Of a DNA stretch of 62,028 bases, positions 44,777 to 53,544 are shown piece after piece. This stretch comes from an uncultured Gammaproteobacteria bacterium. GTDB lineage: Bacteria; Patescibacteriota; Patescibacteriia; Patescibacteriales; UBA12465. The stretch lies in contig CAZILW010000002.1 in NCBI GenBank assembly GCA_964540285.1, positions 1-62,028 of the forward strand, in the 5' to 3' direction. Each line of letters opens with the position of its first letter. The first letter of the stretch is position 1. Both the position numbers and the translations under genes were made by a program. The notes under the pieces are model-generated. The model was not told the origin of the DNA, searched no databases, and saw nothing but the letters and a program-made list of their open reading frames with translations.

Positions 44777-45283
44777 ATGAAAAAACTGGTTGTAGTTAAT
44801 GACAAAATGCAAAAAAATTACCAATATTATTTAACTGAGCCAATTGGTAAAAATTTTGCTTTAGAATTTAAACCAGAATTGACGCCTCAAGAAATGTTGG
44901 AGCTGGGAGTTTTTGGGGGTAAGTATATGACCGATTGTCAAAAAGAATTTCCGTCTTCTTGGTTTAAAAAAGCTAAATTATCTTCAGAGAAATACGACTA
45001 TAAACTTAATTATTTTAAAGTTAGAGCTAGTCAATCTTTAAGGGTTTGGCAGGAAAAAGGTTGGATTTATGAAGATGATCCGCGCGGCTGGTTTCAGTGG
45101 TACTGTCGGTATTATATGGGTAGAAGACTAGAGCAAGAAGACCAGAGACAAATAAGGAGATGGAAGGCTATCAGAAGGCATGTTATAGCTATTATAAATA
45201 ATTGTCGCAAAGGAGATTTAAATTGTCGCGTTCGTCAAAGACAGGCAGTTATGCATTGGGCCTATGATAGTCGTAAATTTTAA
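44777..45283 (+). CDS. conserved hypothetical protein (168 aa)
   Basis: Start moved to the first ATG after the tRNA. Trp/Arg-rich motif RGWFQWYCRYYMGRR...QIRRWKAI. I suspect a DUF family but cannot name it reliably. Confidence 0.55.
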   Translation: MKKLVVVNDKMQKNYQYYLTEPIGKNFALEFKPELTPQEMLELGVFGGKYMTDCQKEFPSSWFKKAKLSSEKYDYKLNYFKVRASQSLRVWQEKGWIYEDDPRGWFQWYCRYYMGRRLEQEDQRQIRRWKAIRRHVIAIINNCRKGDLNCRVRQRQAVMHWAYDSRKF

Positions 45284-45304
45284 TTAATTTTTTTAAATAA
45301 TTTT

Positions 45305-47152
45305 ATGTGTGGAATTGTTTCTTATATTGGACCAAAAAAGGCTTACCCAATTTTAATAAAAGGTTTAAAGCGCCTAGAATATCGTGGCTATGATAGTGCT
45401 GGCGTGGCTATTATTAGTGGTGGTTTAAATGTTTACAAGACAAAAGGAAGGGTTGGAGATTTGGAGAATAAAATTTTACAAGAAAAAAAAGATGTGAGTG
45501 GAAATATTGGCATTGCTCACACTCGTTGGGCAACACACGGTGAGCCAAATGACGTTAATGCTCATCCTCACTCTTCTGGGTCTAAAGACTTGGCCATTAT
45601 TCATAATGGAATTATTGAAAATTATAATTCACTGAAAGAAGAATTAATTGCTCGTGGTTATAAATTTGAAAGCGAAACTGATACAGAGGTTTTGGTTCAT
45701 TTGATAGATGATATTAAAAAAAACGAAAAAGTAGAAACGGCTGAGGCTGTCCGTTTGGCTTTAAACAATATAATCGGAGCCTATGCTATTGTTGTTTTAG
45801 ATAAAAACAAACCACAAGTTTTGGTGGCTGCCAGAAAGGGCAGCCCTTTGGTTGTCGGAGTCGGTGAAGATAAAGGAGAATTTTTTCTAGCTAGTGATGC
45901 CACCCCAATAGTTGAATACACCAAAAACGTTGTTTATCTGAAAGATAATGAAATGGCCATCATTGAAAATTCTGAACTTAATATAAAAACAATTCACAAT
46001 ATTTCTAAAACTCCTTTTATTGAAAAATTAGAACTTAATCTAGACCAGATTGAAAAGGGTGGCTTTCCTCATTTTATGATTAAAGAAATCAATGAGCAAC
46101 CTAAATCGATTTTTGATTCTATTCGTGGTCGTATAAATTTGAAAGACGTTTCAGTTGAAATGAGAACTATTCAGGATTATGAAGAAAAATTAAAAACAAT
46201 TAAAAGATTAATAATTATTGGTTGCGGAACTAGTTGGCATGCTGGGCTTGTTGGTCGTTATCTTTTTGAAGAAATTGCCAAACTGCCAGTTGATGTTGAA
46301 TATGCCTCAGAATTCAGATATCGTAATCCAATTATATATTCTGATGATTTAGTTATTGCCATTTCTCAAAGTGGCGAAACAGCCGATACTTTAGCTGCTA
46401 TGGAGCTAGCCAAAGAAAAGGGGGCTACTGTTTTTGGTTTGTGTAATGTTATTGGTTCTTCTATCCCACGTCTTAGCCACGCTGGAGCTTATACTCATGC
46501 TGGACCAGAAATTGGAGTAGCCTCAACCAAAGCTTTCACTTCTCAAATTTCTGTTTTAGTTTTAATGGCGCTAGCCGTAGCTCAGATTCGAGGTGTAATT
46601 AGTAAAGATAAAATGAATTTGCTTTTGAGTGAATTAGAAAATATCCCAAAATTAGTTGAAAAAGTTTTAAAAACAAATGATCAGGTTTATAAAATTGCAG
46701 AGAAATATAAAGACTCCAGTAATTGTTTGTTTTTAGGCAGAGGTATAAATTTTCCAGTAGCTTTAGAAGGCGCTTTAAAATTAAAAGAAATTTCTTATAT
46801 TCACGCCGAAGGTTATCCGGCCGCTGAGATGAAACATGGCCCGATAGCTTTAATTGATGAGAATATGCCAGTGGTAGTTGTTGCTCCGCGTGATAATATT
46901 TATGAAAAAATAATTAGTAATATTTGCGAAATTAAAGCCCGCAAAGGAAAAATTATAGCCATTGTCAGTGAGGGCGATATTAAAATCAAAGAATTAGCTG
47001 ATTATGTAATTGAAATTCCGATTACCGAAGAAATTCTTAGCCCACTTTTAAGCACCATCCCCCTTCAACTTTTAGCTTATCATATCGCAGTTATGCGTGG
47101 TTGCAATGTTGATCAACCTCGTAATCTAGCTAAATCAGTTACAGTTGAATAA
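45305..47152 (+). CDS. glmS: glutamine--fructose-6-phosphate aminotransferase
   Basis: N-terminal MCGIV nucleophile Cys, two SIS domains and a C-terminal ...KSVTVE. Confidence 0.95.
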   Translation: MCGIVSYIGPKKAYPILIKGLKRLEYRGYDSAGVAIISGGLNVYKTKGRVGDLENKILQEKKDVSGNIGIAHTRWATHGEPNDVNAHPHSSGSKDLAIIHNGIIENYNSLKEELIARGYKFESETDTEVLVHLIDDIKKNEKVETAEAVRLALNNIIGAYAIVVLDKNKPQVLVAARKGSPLVVGVGEDKGEFFLASDATPIVEYTKNVVYLKDNEMAIIENSELNIKTIHNISKTPFIEKLELNLDQIEKGGFPHFMIKEINEQPKSIFDSIRGRINLKDVSVEMRTIQDYEEKLKTIKRLIIIGCGTSWHAGLVGRYLFEEIAKLPVDVEYASEFRYRNPIIYSDDLVIAISQSGETADTLAAMELAKEKGATVFGLCNVIGSSIPRLSHAGAYTHAGPEIGVASTKAFTSQISVLVLMALAVAQIRGVISKDKMNLLLSELENIPKLVEKVLKTNDQVYKIAEKYKDSSNCLFLGRGINFPVALEGALKLKEISYIHAEGYPAAEMKHGPIALIDENMPVVVVAPRDNIYEKIISNICEIKARKGKIIAIVSEGDIKIKELADYVIEIPITEEILSPLLSTIPLQLLAYHIAVMRGCNVDQPRNLAKSVTVE

Positions 47153-47169
47153 TTTAATTTAAAATTTTT

Positions 47170-47871
47170 ATGAGATTAAATAGATTTTATTTAGAAAATT
47201 TTTCTAATGATCAGAAAATAGAAATGAGAGATTGTGCAACTTCTCATCAGATTAAAAATGTTTTAAAAATGAGAGTTGGTGAGCAGGTTTCTTTTTTTAA
47301 TCAAGAGATAGAATCGATATATAAAATAGAAGAAATTTCTAAAAAAGTAATAATTTTTGTTTGGCAAGAAAATATACAAAATAATTTTAAACCGAAAAGA
47401 GAAATAATTCTTTTTCAATCTTTAATTAAAAAAGATAAAATGGAGTGGGTTGTTCAAAAGGCGACCGAGCTGGGTGTAAATAGGATTGTTCCGGTTATTT
47501 CCAGAAGAAGTGAAAAAAAAGATATTAATTTAGAACGTTTAAATAAAATCATCATTGAAGCAGTTGAGCAGTGTGGTCGTTTAGATTTACCATCGATCTC
47601 TGAGCCGATAGTTTTTGCTAATATTTGGAGCGAATCTCAGGGCTTGGTTTTGTTGGGCGATGGTTCGGGAGATGATATTGTTGAAGTTATTAGAAAAAAT
47701 GAAGAAAATTATAAAAAAATTAGTATTATAATTGGGCCAGAAGGAGGTTTTGAAAAAAGTGAAATAAATTTAGCTAAAAAAAATAAGGCCGAAATTGTTC
47801 GCCTTAATAATTATATGTTGAGAAGTGAAACAGCCTCGTTAAGTTTTTTATCAATTATTTCAAATTTTTGA
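47170..47871 (+). CDS. rsmE: 16S rRNA (uracil1498-N3)-methyltransferase RsmE
   Basis: MRLNRFY start, PUA-like N-terminus and SPOUT C-terminus with IIIGPEGGF...LRSETA. Confidence 0.85.
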   Translation: MRLNRFYLENFSNDQKIEMRDCATSHQIKNVLKMRVGEQVSFFNQEIESIYKIEEISKKVIIFVWQENIQNNFKPKREIILFQSLIKKDKMEWVVQKATELGVNRIVPVISRRSEKKDINLERLNKIIIEAVEQCGRLDLPSISEPIVFANIWSESQGLVLLGDGSGDDIVEVIRKNEENYKKISIIIGPEGGFEKSEINLAKKNKAEIVRLNNYMLRSETASLSFLSIISNF

Positions 47872-47877
47872 TTTTAT

Positions 47878-48095
47878 ATAAGAAAACCTCGCTCTACTTT
47901 ATCAAGATTTTGGCAAACTCGATTAAGAGTCTCCGTTTACACGGAGTCGCTTGAAAATTACAAAAACAGAATAAACCATTTTTTAAATTTTTAAACAAAT
48001 TTGCCTCAACTTTTTATGCTTGAGACCACGGACTCAAACAGGAAAAAGCCTAAAATTGGTGTTCCAAAACTTGATAAAAAGCAAGGTTTTCTTAT
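47878..48095. other. 218-nt element closed by a ~30-bp imperfect long-range helix: candidate structured ncRNA (6S-like?) or MITE-like repeat
   Basis: Paired blocks are ATAAGAAAACCT (47878-47889) with AGGTTTTCTTAT (48084-48095), TTTATCAAG (47898-47906) with CTTGATAAA (48070-48078), and TTTTGG (47908-47913) with CCAAAA (48064-48069). Internal hairpins are CTCCG/CGGAG and CTCAA/TTGAG. Confidence 0.5.
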
Positions 48096-48137
48096 TGATA
48101 TTATAACAAATTTTTTTCTTTAAATCAATTTTCATGT

Positions 48138-48156
48138 TATAGTTAAATTAACTATA
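48138..48156. promoter_or_regulatory. perfect 19-bp palindrome, candidate operator upstream of the pilin gene
   Basis: TATAGTTAA-A-TTAACTATA, 27 nt upstream of the ATG at 48183. Confidence 0.5.
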
Positions 48157-48182
48157 AATTATTAATCATAAATCCAGAAATT

Positions 48183-49571
48183 ATGTTAAATTCAACAAAA
48201 AAAGCTTTTACCCTCATCGAACTCCTAGTAGTAATAGCCATTATTGGTATACTTGCGACTTTGGCTGTTGTCGCCCTACAACAGGCTCGCTCTCGAGCTC
48301 GTGATAGTAAAAGAATGGCTGATATTAAGCAGGTTCAAACTGCTTTAGAATTATTTTTTAATGAAAATAATAGATATCCCACCATCGATGAGTGGGAAAG
48401 TGGAACTATCTTTTCTAGTTCTACAGGTGAAATATTTATGCACTCTATCCCCTCGGCTCCTTATCCAGCTGATGGTATTTGTGACTCCGATCAAAATACT
48501 TTTTATTATCAAGTTGATGAAAATAATTCTGCTTATTCTATTTCTTTTTGTCTAGGTGGTAATATTTCTGGTTTATCTGAAGGGTTAAAATGTGCTACTC
48601 CCGGAGGAATAATTGATTATGATTGTTCGGCTGAGATTATTGAAGAGGATCCCCCTGTTTATGCTTTAATATATTCAGCTAGTACCGGGGGAACTATTAC
48701 GGGAAACATTAATCAAAATATTAATCAAGGAGAAAATGGATTAGAGGTTATTGCCCTGGCTAACATTGGTTATTCTTTTTCTCAGTGGTCTGACGGGTTG
48801 ACCACTGCCTCTAGAATAGATTTGAATGTTCAATCAAATATAGAAGTAACAGCTCAGTTTACAGCGAATACTTATACTCTAACTTTTAATCCTCAGTCAG
48901 GAACAGTTAGTCCTGTTAGTAAATCAGTTGTATATAATCAAGAGGTAGGAACACTTCCTGCTCCAACTAGAAGTGGTTATACTTTTTTAGAATGGAACAG
49001 TCAATCAGATGGAAGCGGTACAACTTATGCATCAAGCACTGTTTATAGTCTTGGCGATAATTCTACTATCTATGCTGTGTGGTGGGAAAATTTACAGATA
49101 GGAGATCTTTACGGTGGCGGCAAGGTTGCTTATATTTTAAAACAAGGAGATTCTGGATTTGAAGAGGGTCGACAAAAAGGTCTTATAATTAGTTTAACCA
49201 ATTTGCCCTCATCTACTTCTTATATAAGTTGGGGTTGTTCAAATGTTGCCATTAATACTGAGACTGCGCTTGGGTTTGGAAAATATAACACTGAATTAAT
49301 ATTATCGCTTTGTCCAACCGCACCATCTGCTAGTTTTTGTAATTCATATTCTGTAGATGGCTATGACGATTGGTATTTGCCTAGTAAAGATGAGCTTTAT
49401 AAAGCTTACTTGGCTAGAAATACTCTCGGAGGTCTTAATTATTATCATTGGTCATCTTCAAGTTTTAACAATCAAGAAGCTTGGAGGGTTTATTATCATA
49501 TTAGCAGCGGTGGTCTTAGTACTGTTAATAAAGTGGGTAATTTTTATATGAGATGTTTTAGATCTTTTTAA
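48183..49571 (+). CDS. type IV pilin-like protein fused to Listeria-Bacteroides repeat and DUF1566-like domains
   Basis: Prepilin motif KKAFTLIELLVVIAIIGILA. Repeats GYSFSQWSDG... and GYTFLEWNSQSDGSGTTY...YAVW. C-terminal GYDDWYLPSKDELYKAY...YWSSS, which is DUF1566/Lcl-C-like. Confidence 0.8.
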   Translation: MLNSTKKAFTLIELLVVIAIIGILATLAVVALQQARSRARDSKRMADIKQVQTALELFFNENNRYPTIDEWESGTIFSSSTGEIFMHSIPSAPYPADGICDSDQNTFYYQVDENNSAYSISFCLGGNISGLSEGLKCATPGGIIDYDCSAEIIEEDPPVYALIYSASTGGTITGNINQNINQGENGLEVIALANIGYSFSQWSDGLTTASRIDLNVQSNIEVTAQFTANTYTLTFNPQSGTVSPVSKSVVYNQEVGTLPAPTRSGYTFLEWNSQSDGSGTTYASSTVYSLGDNSTIYAVWWENLQIGDLYGGGKVAYILKQGDSGFEEGRQKGLIISLTNLPSSTSYISWGCSNVAINTETALGFGKYNTELILSLCPTAPSASFCNSYSVDGYDDWYLPSKDELYKAYLARNTLGGLNYYHWSSSSFNNQEAWRVYYHISSGGLSTVNKVGNFYMRCFRSF

Positions 49572-49666
49572 TTTAATAATTTTATATATTGCTAAAATGT
49601 TAATATTAAATTATAATAAAACTAAGCCAAGAGATTGGACTTTTTGTTGTTGATTTTTATTAACTT

Positions 49667-51145
49667 ATGATAGATTTTGATTTTAAAGAAAAAATTAAAG
49701 ATGAATTAAGCGAAGAGGACAGATTAGTTCTTGAGTCTTCTGATTCAGACATAAAACCAAAAAAAAGAAATTTAGGTTTAAAAATTTTTGCCTTTGTTTT
49801 TGCTTTTTTATTAATTTTTACAGCCACCACTTTAATTTCCGGCGATAGCTCGGAATCATGGATTGGAAAGATTCCTTTTATTGGTAGAATAGCCGGTCTG
49901 GTAGAAAGTTCTGAAAAACAACTAAGAGGCGAGGACAAGGATAGAATTAATATTCTTCTTTTGGGAATGGGTGGTAAAAAACATGAAGGTGGTTATTTAA
50001 CCGATACTATTATTTTGGCTAGCTTGAAGCCGTCAACAAAACAGGTCGCCCTTCTTTCTATTCCGCGAGATTTAAATATTGCTGTTGAGGGAATGGGTTG
50101 GCAAAAAATAAATTCGATTAATGCTTTTGCTGAAAGAAAAAAAGAAGGGAGCGGCGGAGAAGCAATCTCTCAGGCTTTAAGCGATGTTTTAAATATCCCG
50201 ATTCATTATTATGTTAGGGTTGATTTTGAAGGCTTTGTTAATATAGTTGATATTGTTGGAGGGGTTGAAGTTGAGGTTGAAAATACTTTAGAAGATTTTC
50301 GTTATCCGATAGCTGGTCAAGAAAATAATGAAAATTATTATGCTCGTTTTGAACATTTGTATATTAAAAAGGGTTTACAGAAGATGGATGGATCATTAGC
50401 ACTTAAATATGCTAGGTCTAGGTATGCTAGCGGTGTTGAGGGTTCTGATTTTGCTAGAGCTAGGAGACAGCAAAAAATAATTCAAGCAGTTAAGGATGAA
50501 CTTTTAAAAAAAGAAAATCTTTTTAAGCCTAGCGTTATTTCTGGATTGTTGAATGAGTTTAATGAAAGCTTGAGCTTTAATCTTAAAATTTGGGAGGGTA
50601 TTAAGCTATGGCAAATGTTTAAGGATGTAAACAGTGAAAGTATTAATAATTATGTTCTAGATGACGGACCTAGTGGATTGTTAGTGGCTGGAAGAAGTGA
50701 GGCGGGTGCATATATTTTATCCCCTAGAAGCGGAGATTTTACAGAAATAAGATATTTAATTGATGGATTTTTCCCCAAGGACGAGCAAGTAAAGGCCATG
50801 AATTCAGAAAGTTTTCAAACAGCGAAATTGGAAATAAAAAATGGAACCTGGATTAATGGACTGGCTAGTCAGACGGCGATAGATTTGGAAAAGAAAAATT
50901 TTAATATTTTAAAAATAAGTAATTGTAGTCGTAGAGATTTTATAAAAACTGTCATTTATGATTTAACTTATGGAGGCAAGAACGAAGCTTTAAAGTATTT
51001 GAAAGACTTGCTTCAAGCAGATGTTTATTTTGATTTACCGTTATGGTTGGCTGAAGATATTAAAAACGAAGTTAAGGAAGAAGGAGAAGAGGTCCCAGAT
51101 TTTTTAATTATTTTAGGAGAGAATGCTGCTAAAATTGGCTTTTAA
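49667..51145 (+). CDS. LytR-CpsA-Psr (LCP) family protein
   Basis: TM anchor, INILLLGMGG...LTDTIILASL...IPRDL and SRYAS...DFARARRQQKI motifs, and a LytR_C-like C-terminus. Confidence 0.85.
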   Translation: MIDFDFKEKIKDELSEEDRLVLESSDSDIKPKKRNLGLKIFAFVFAFLLIFTATTLISGDSSESWIGKIPFIGRIAGLVESSEKQLRGEDKDRINILLLGMGGKKHEGGYLTDTIILASLKPSTKQVALLSIPRDLNIAVEGMGWQKINSINAFAERKKEGSGGEAISQALSDVLNIPIHYYVRVDFEGFVNIVDIVGGVEVEVENTLEDFRYPIAGQENNENYYARFEHLYIKKGLQKMDGSLALKYARSRYASGVEGSDFARARRQQKIIQAVKDELLKKENLFKPSVISGLLNEFNESLSFNLKIWEGIKLWQMFKDVNSESINNYVLDDGPSGLLVAGRSEAGAYILSPRSGDFTEIRYLIDGFFPKDEQVKAMNSESFQTAKLEIKNGTWINGLASQTAIDLEKKNFNILKISNCSRRDFIKTVIYDLTYGGKNEALKYLKDLLQADVYFDLPLWLAEDIKNEVKEEGEEVPDFLIILGENAAKIGF

Positions 51146-51154
51146 TTTTTGTTT

Positions 51155-52561
51155 ATGATTGATAAAAAAATGCCCCTAGTGGCTATAATAGGTAGAACTA
51201 ATGTTGGCAAATCAACTCTTTTTAATCGCTTAGTTGAAAAAAATCAGGCCTTAGTTTCGCCAATCGAAAATACTACTCGTGATTTTAATATTAATCAAAT
51301 TAATTGGCGTGGTTTTGATTTTCAAATTTTAGACACTGCCGGTGTAATAGACTCTTCTTCTCTAAAAAGAAAGATGGAAATAAGTAAAGATGGTGTTGAA
51401 AGAATAGAACAAAAAGTTCAAAAACAGGTTTATGATTTAATCAAACAGGCTGATCTACTTGTTTTTTTAGTTGACAATAAGTCTGGGCTTTTGGCTGAAG
51501 ATAGAAATATTGCCAGCTTTTTAAAAAAAAGAAATTATCAACACAAAACACTATTGGTTAGCAATAAGGTTGATAATTTCAAACAAAGAGCTGACGTTTC
51601 TGAGTTTAATAAGCTGTCTTTAAAAGAACCTTTGTCTGTTTCTGCTTTAACTGGTTCTGGTACGGGTGACTTATTGGATTTTGTAGTTGATTATTTGAAA
51701 ATAAAAAACAAAAACAAAGAGGCTGTTGTAGACAATAAAAAAGATTTAGAAAAAATAAATTTGTGTATTATCGGTAAACCTAATGTTGGCAAATCGTCTT
51801 TATTAAACTCTCTTTTGGGTTATGAAAGGGTTATTGTTAGTGAAATTCCACATACCACGAGAGAACCTCAAAATACAGAGATTGTTTATCAAGATAAAAT
51901 TATCAATATTATAGACACCGCCGGTATAAGTAAAAAGGGCACAAAATCTGATGGATTGGAAAAATATGGGATTATAAAATCATTAAAAACATTAAGAGAG
52001 GCTGATATTATTCTGTTGGTTGTAGATATTAATGATGAAATAACTAAGCAGGACGCCAAAATAGTAGAGCAGATAGTTAATGAAGGAAAAAGCTTTATAG
52101 TAATAGCTAATAAGTGGGACTTGATTGAGGATAGAAACACTAAATATTGGACCAGAAAAATTAATGGTCATTTTCCGTTTATAATTTGGGCACCAATTCT
52201 TTTTGTTTCAGCTCTTAAAGGAGAAAAAACAAATAAAGTTTTTGATTTGGTTTTAAAGATTGATCAATCTCGGAAAACTAAAATAAGCGATACTGTTTTG
52301 GCTGGTTTTTTAAACAAGATGATTAAAAAACATAAACCGACCAGGGGAAGGGGCGTTAGACATCCTAGGGTTTATAGCCTTAGACAAAGCTGGATAAATC
52401 CGCCCAAATTTGAGGTTAGGATAGGTTCACAAGAGGATTTGCATGATTCTTATTTGAGATTTTTAGAAAATAGATTGCGAGAGGATTTTGATTTTTTTGG
52501 AACACCAATAAAAGTTTCTGTTAAAAAAAATAAAAGAGTTCATGGAAAAGCTAATAATTAG
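51155..52561 (+). CDS. der: ribosome-associated GTPase Der (EngA)
   Basis: Two GTPase domains (GRTNVGKST and GKPNVGKSS; DTAG twice; NKVD/NKWD) plus a KH-like C-terminus. Start uncertain (TTG at 51149, ATG at 51155 or 51170). Confidence 0.93.
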   Translation: MIDKKMPLVAIIGRTNVGKSTLFNRLVEKNQALVSPIENTTRDFNINQINWRGFDFQILDTAGVIDSSSLKRKMEISKDGVERIEQKVQKQVYDLIKQADLLVFLVDNKSGLLAEDRNIASFLKKRNYQHKTLLVSNKVDNFKQRADVSEFNKLSLKEPLSVSALTGSGTGDLLDFVVDYLKIKNKNKEAVVDNKKDLEKINLCIIGKPNVGKSSLLNSLLGYERVIVSEIPHTTREPQNTEIVYQDKIINIIDTAGISKKGTKSDGLEKYGIIKSLKTLREADIILLVVDINDEITKQDAKIVEQIVNEGKSFIVIANKWDLIEDRNTKYWTRKINGHFPFIIWAPILFVSALKGEKTNKVFDLVLKIDQSRKTKISDTVLAGFLNKMIKKHKPTRGRGVRHPRVYSLRQSWINPPKFEVRIGSQEDLHDSYLRFLENRLREDFDFFGTPIKVSVKKNKRVHGKANN

Positions 52562-52635
52562 CTTGCTTAATATTGGTTTTTTTGCTATTATCTTTTTACT
52601 TATTTATTAAATATTTATAATTAATTATTTTGTTT

Positions 52636-53484
52636 ATGGATAAAGAAAACAAAAAAGAAGAAAAAAACGAAAAGAAAACATCTCATGATCAACATGAGTC
52701 TAAACACGAAAACAAGAAGGACTCTTGTTGTGGTGGTTTGTGTTCTTGTGGAGGGTTTTTTAAAAAAAACAGAGCACTAATTTCTTTGGTGGCAGCTATA
52801 ATTTTAGTAGTTGTTGGTTTTATCGTTTTTAAACCAGGAGAAAAAAGAGATGTTTTAACTTTAGATGAAGCTAAAATTAAGGCAGAAAAATTTATCAATG
52901 ATAATTTTGCTGATCCTAATTATCCAATAGTTATTGTAAGCATTGAAGAGGCAGAAGAAAAAGGTTTATATAAATTGAGAGTTGATGTTGGAGATGGTGA
53001 AATTATTGATTCTTATATCAGTGATGATGGTAAAAAATTTTTTCCTCAAGCTTTTAATATAGCCGAATTAGAGAGTGAAAACTCTAATCAGTCATCTGGC
53101 TCTGAGGTTTCAAGCTCTAGTCTTTCAGATGAAAGATTCAATGAGGGGGCTGATTTTGATTCAGAGAAAAAGGTTGTGATTTATTTCTTTTGGGGGGATG
53201 GATGTCCTCATTGCTCTAATCAAAAAACAGCTATGTCAGCTTGGTTAGATAAATATTCAGATGTTGAAATTAAAACTTATGAGACTTGGGCTAATATCGA
53301 AAACAGAGATCTGTTAGAGTCATTAGCAGAGGCTTATGGCACAACCGTTCAAGGAGTTCCAATGACCTTTATTGGTGATGAATATTGGGTTGGTTATGCT
53401 GATTCTTTGGGTTCTGAAATGACAGCTAAAATTGATTCATGTTTAACTAAAACATGCGAAAATCCAGGAAAAAGATTAAAATAG
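52636..53484 (+). CDS. membrane-anchored thioredoxin-fold protein (CPHC) with His/Cys-rich N-terminal tail
   Basis: FFWGDGCPHCSNQK active-site motif in the C-terminal domain, a single TM helix, and an N-terminal HDQHESKHENKKDSCCGGLCSCGG. Confidence 0.7.
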   Translation: MDKENKKEEKNEKKTSHDQHESKHENKKDSCCGGLCSCGGFFKKNRALISLVAAIILVVVGFIVFKPGEKRDVLTLDEAKIKAEKFINDNFADPNYPIVIVSIEEAEEKGLYKLRVDVGDGEIIDSYISDDGKKFFPQAFNIAELESENSNQSSGSEVSSSSLSDERFNEGADFDSEKKVVIYFFWGDGCPHCSNQKTAMSAWLDKYSDVEIKTYETWANIENRDLLESLAEAYGTTVQGVPMTFIGDEYWVGYADSLGSEMTAKIDSCLTKTCENPGKRLK

Positions 53485-53503
53485 TAAGGTTATTTTCAAT
53501 AAT

Positions 53504-53532
53504 AAAAACAGCCGAATCCTCGGCTGTTTTTA
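53504..53532. terminator. bidirectional terminator
   Basis: Stem ACAGCCGA/TCGGCTGT flanked by an A-run and a T-run, between convergent genes. Confidence 0.75.
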
Positions 53533-53544
53533 TTTGTTAGAAAA

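Noticed and set aside
45284-45304. glmS ribozyme upstream of glmS
   Set aside because: The intergenic gap is only 21 nt, far too short for the ribozyme.
47878-48095. SRP RNA, RNase P RNA or tmRNA identity for the long-helix element
   Set aside because: There is no GGAA-tetraloop/AGCAGC-type SRP domain IV motif, no GAGGAAAGUCC P4 motif and no tRNA-like end or tag ORF. The length is wrong for RNase P and tmRNA.
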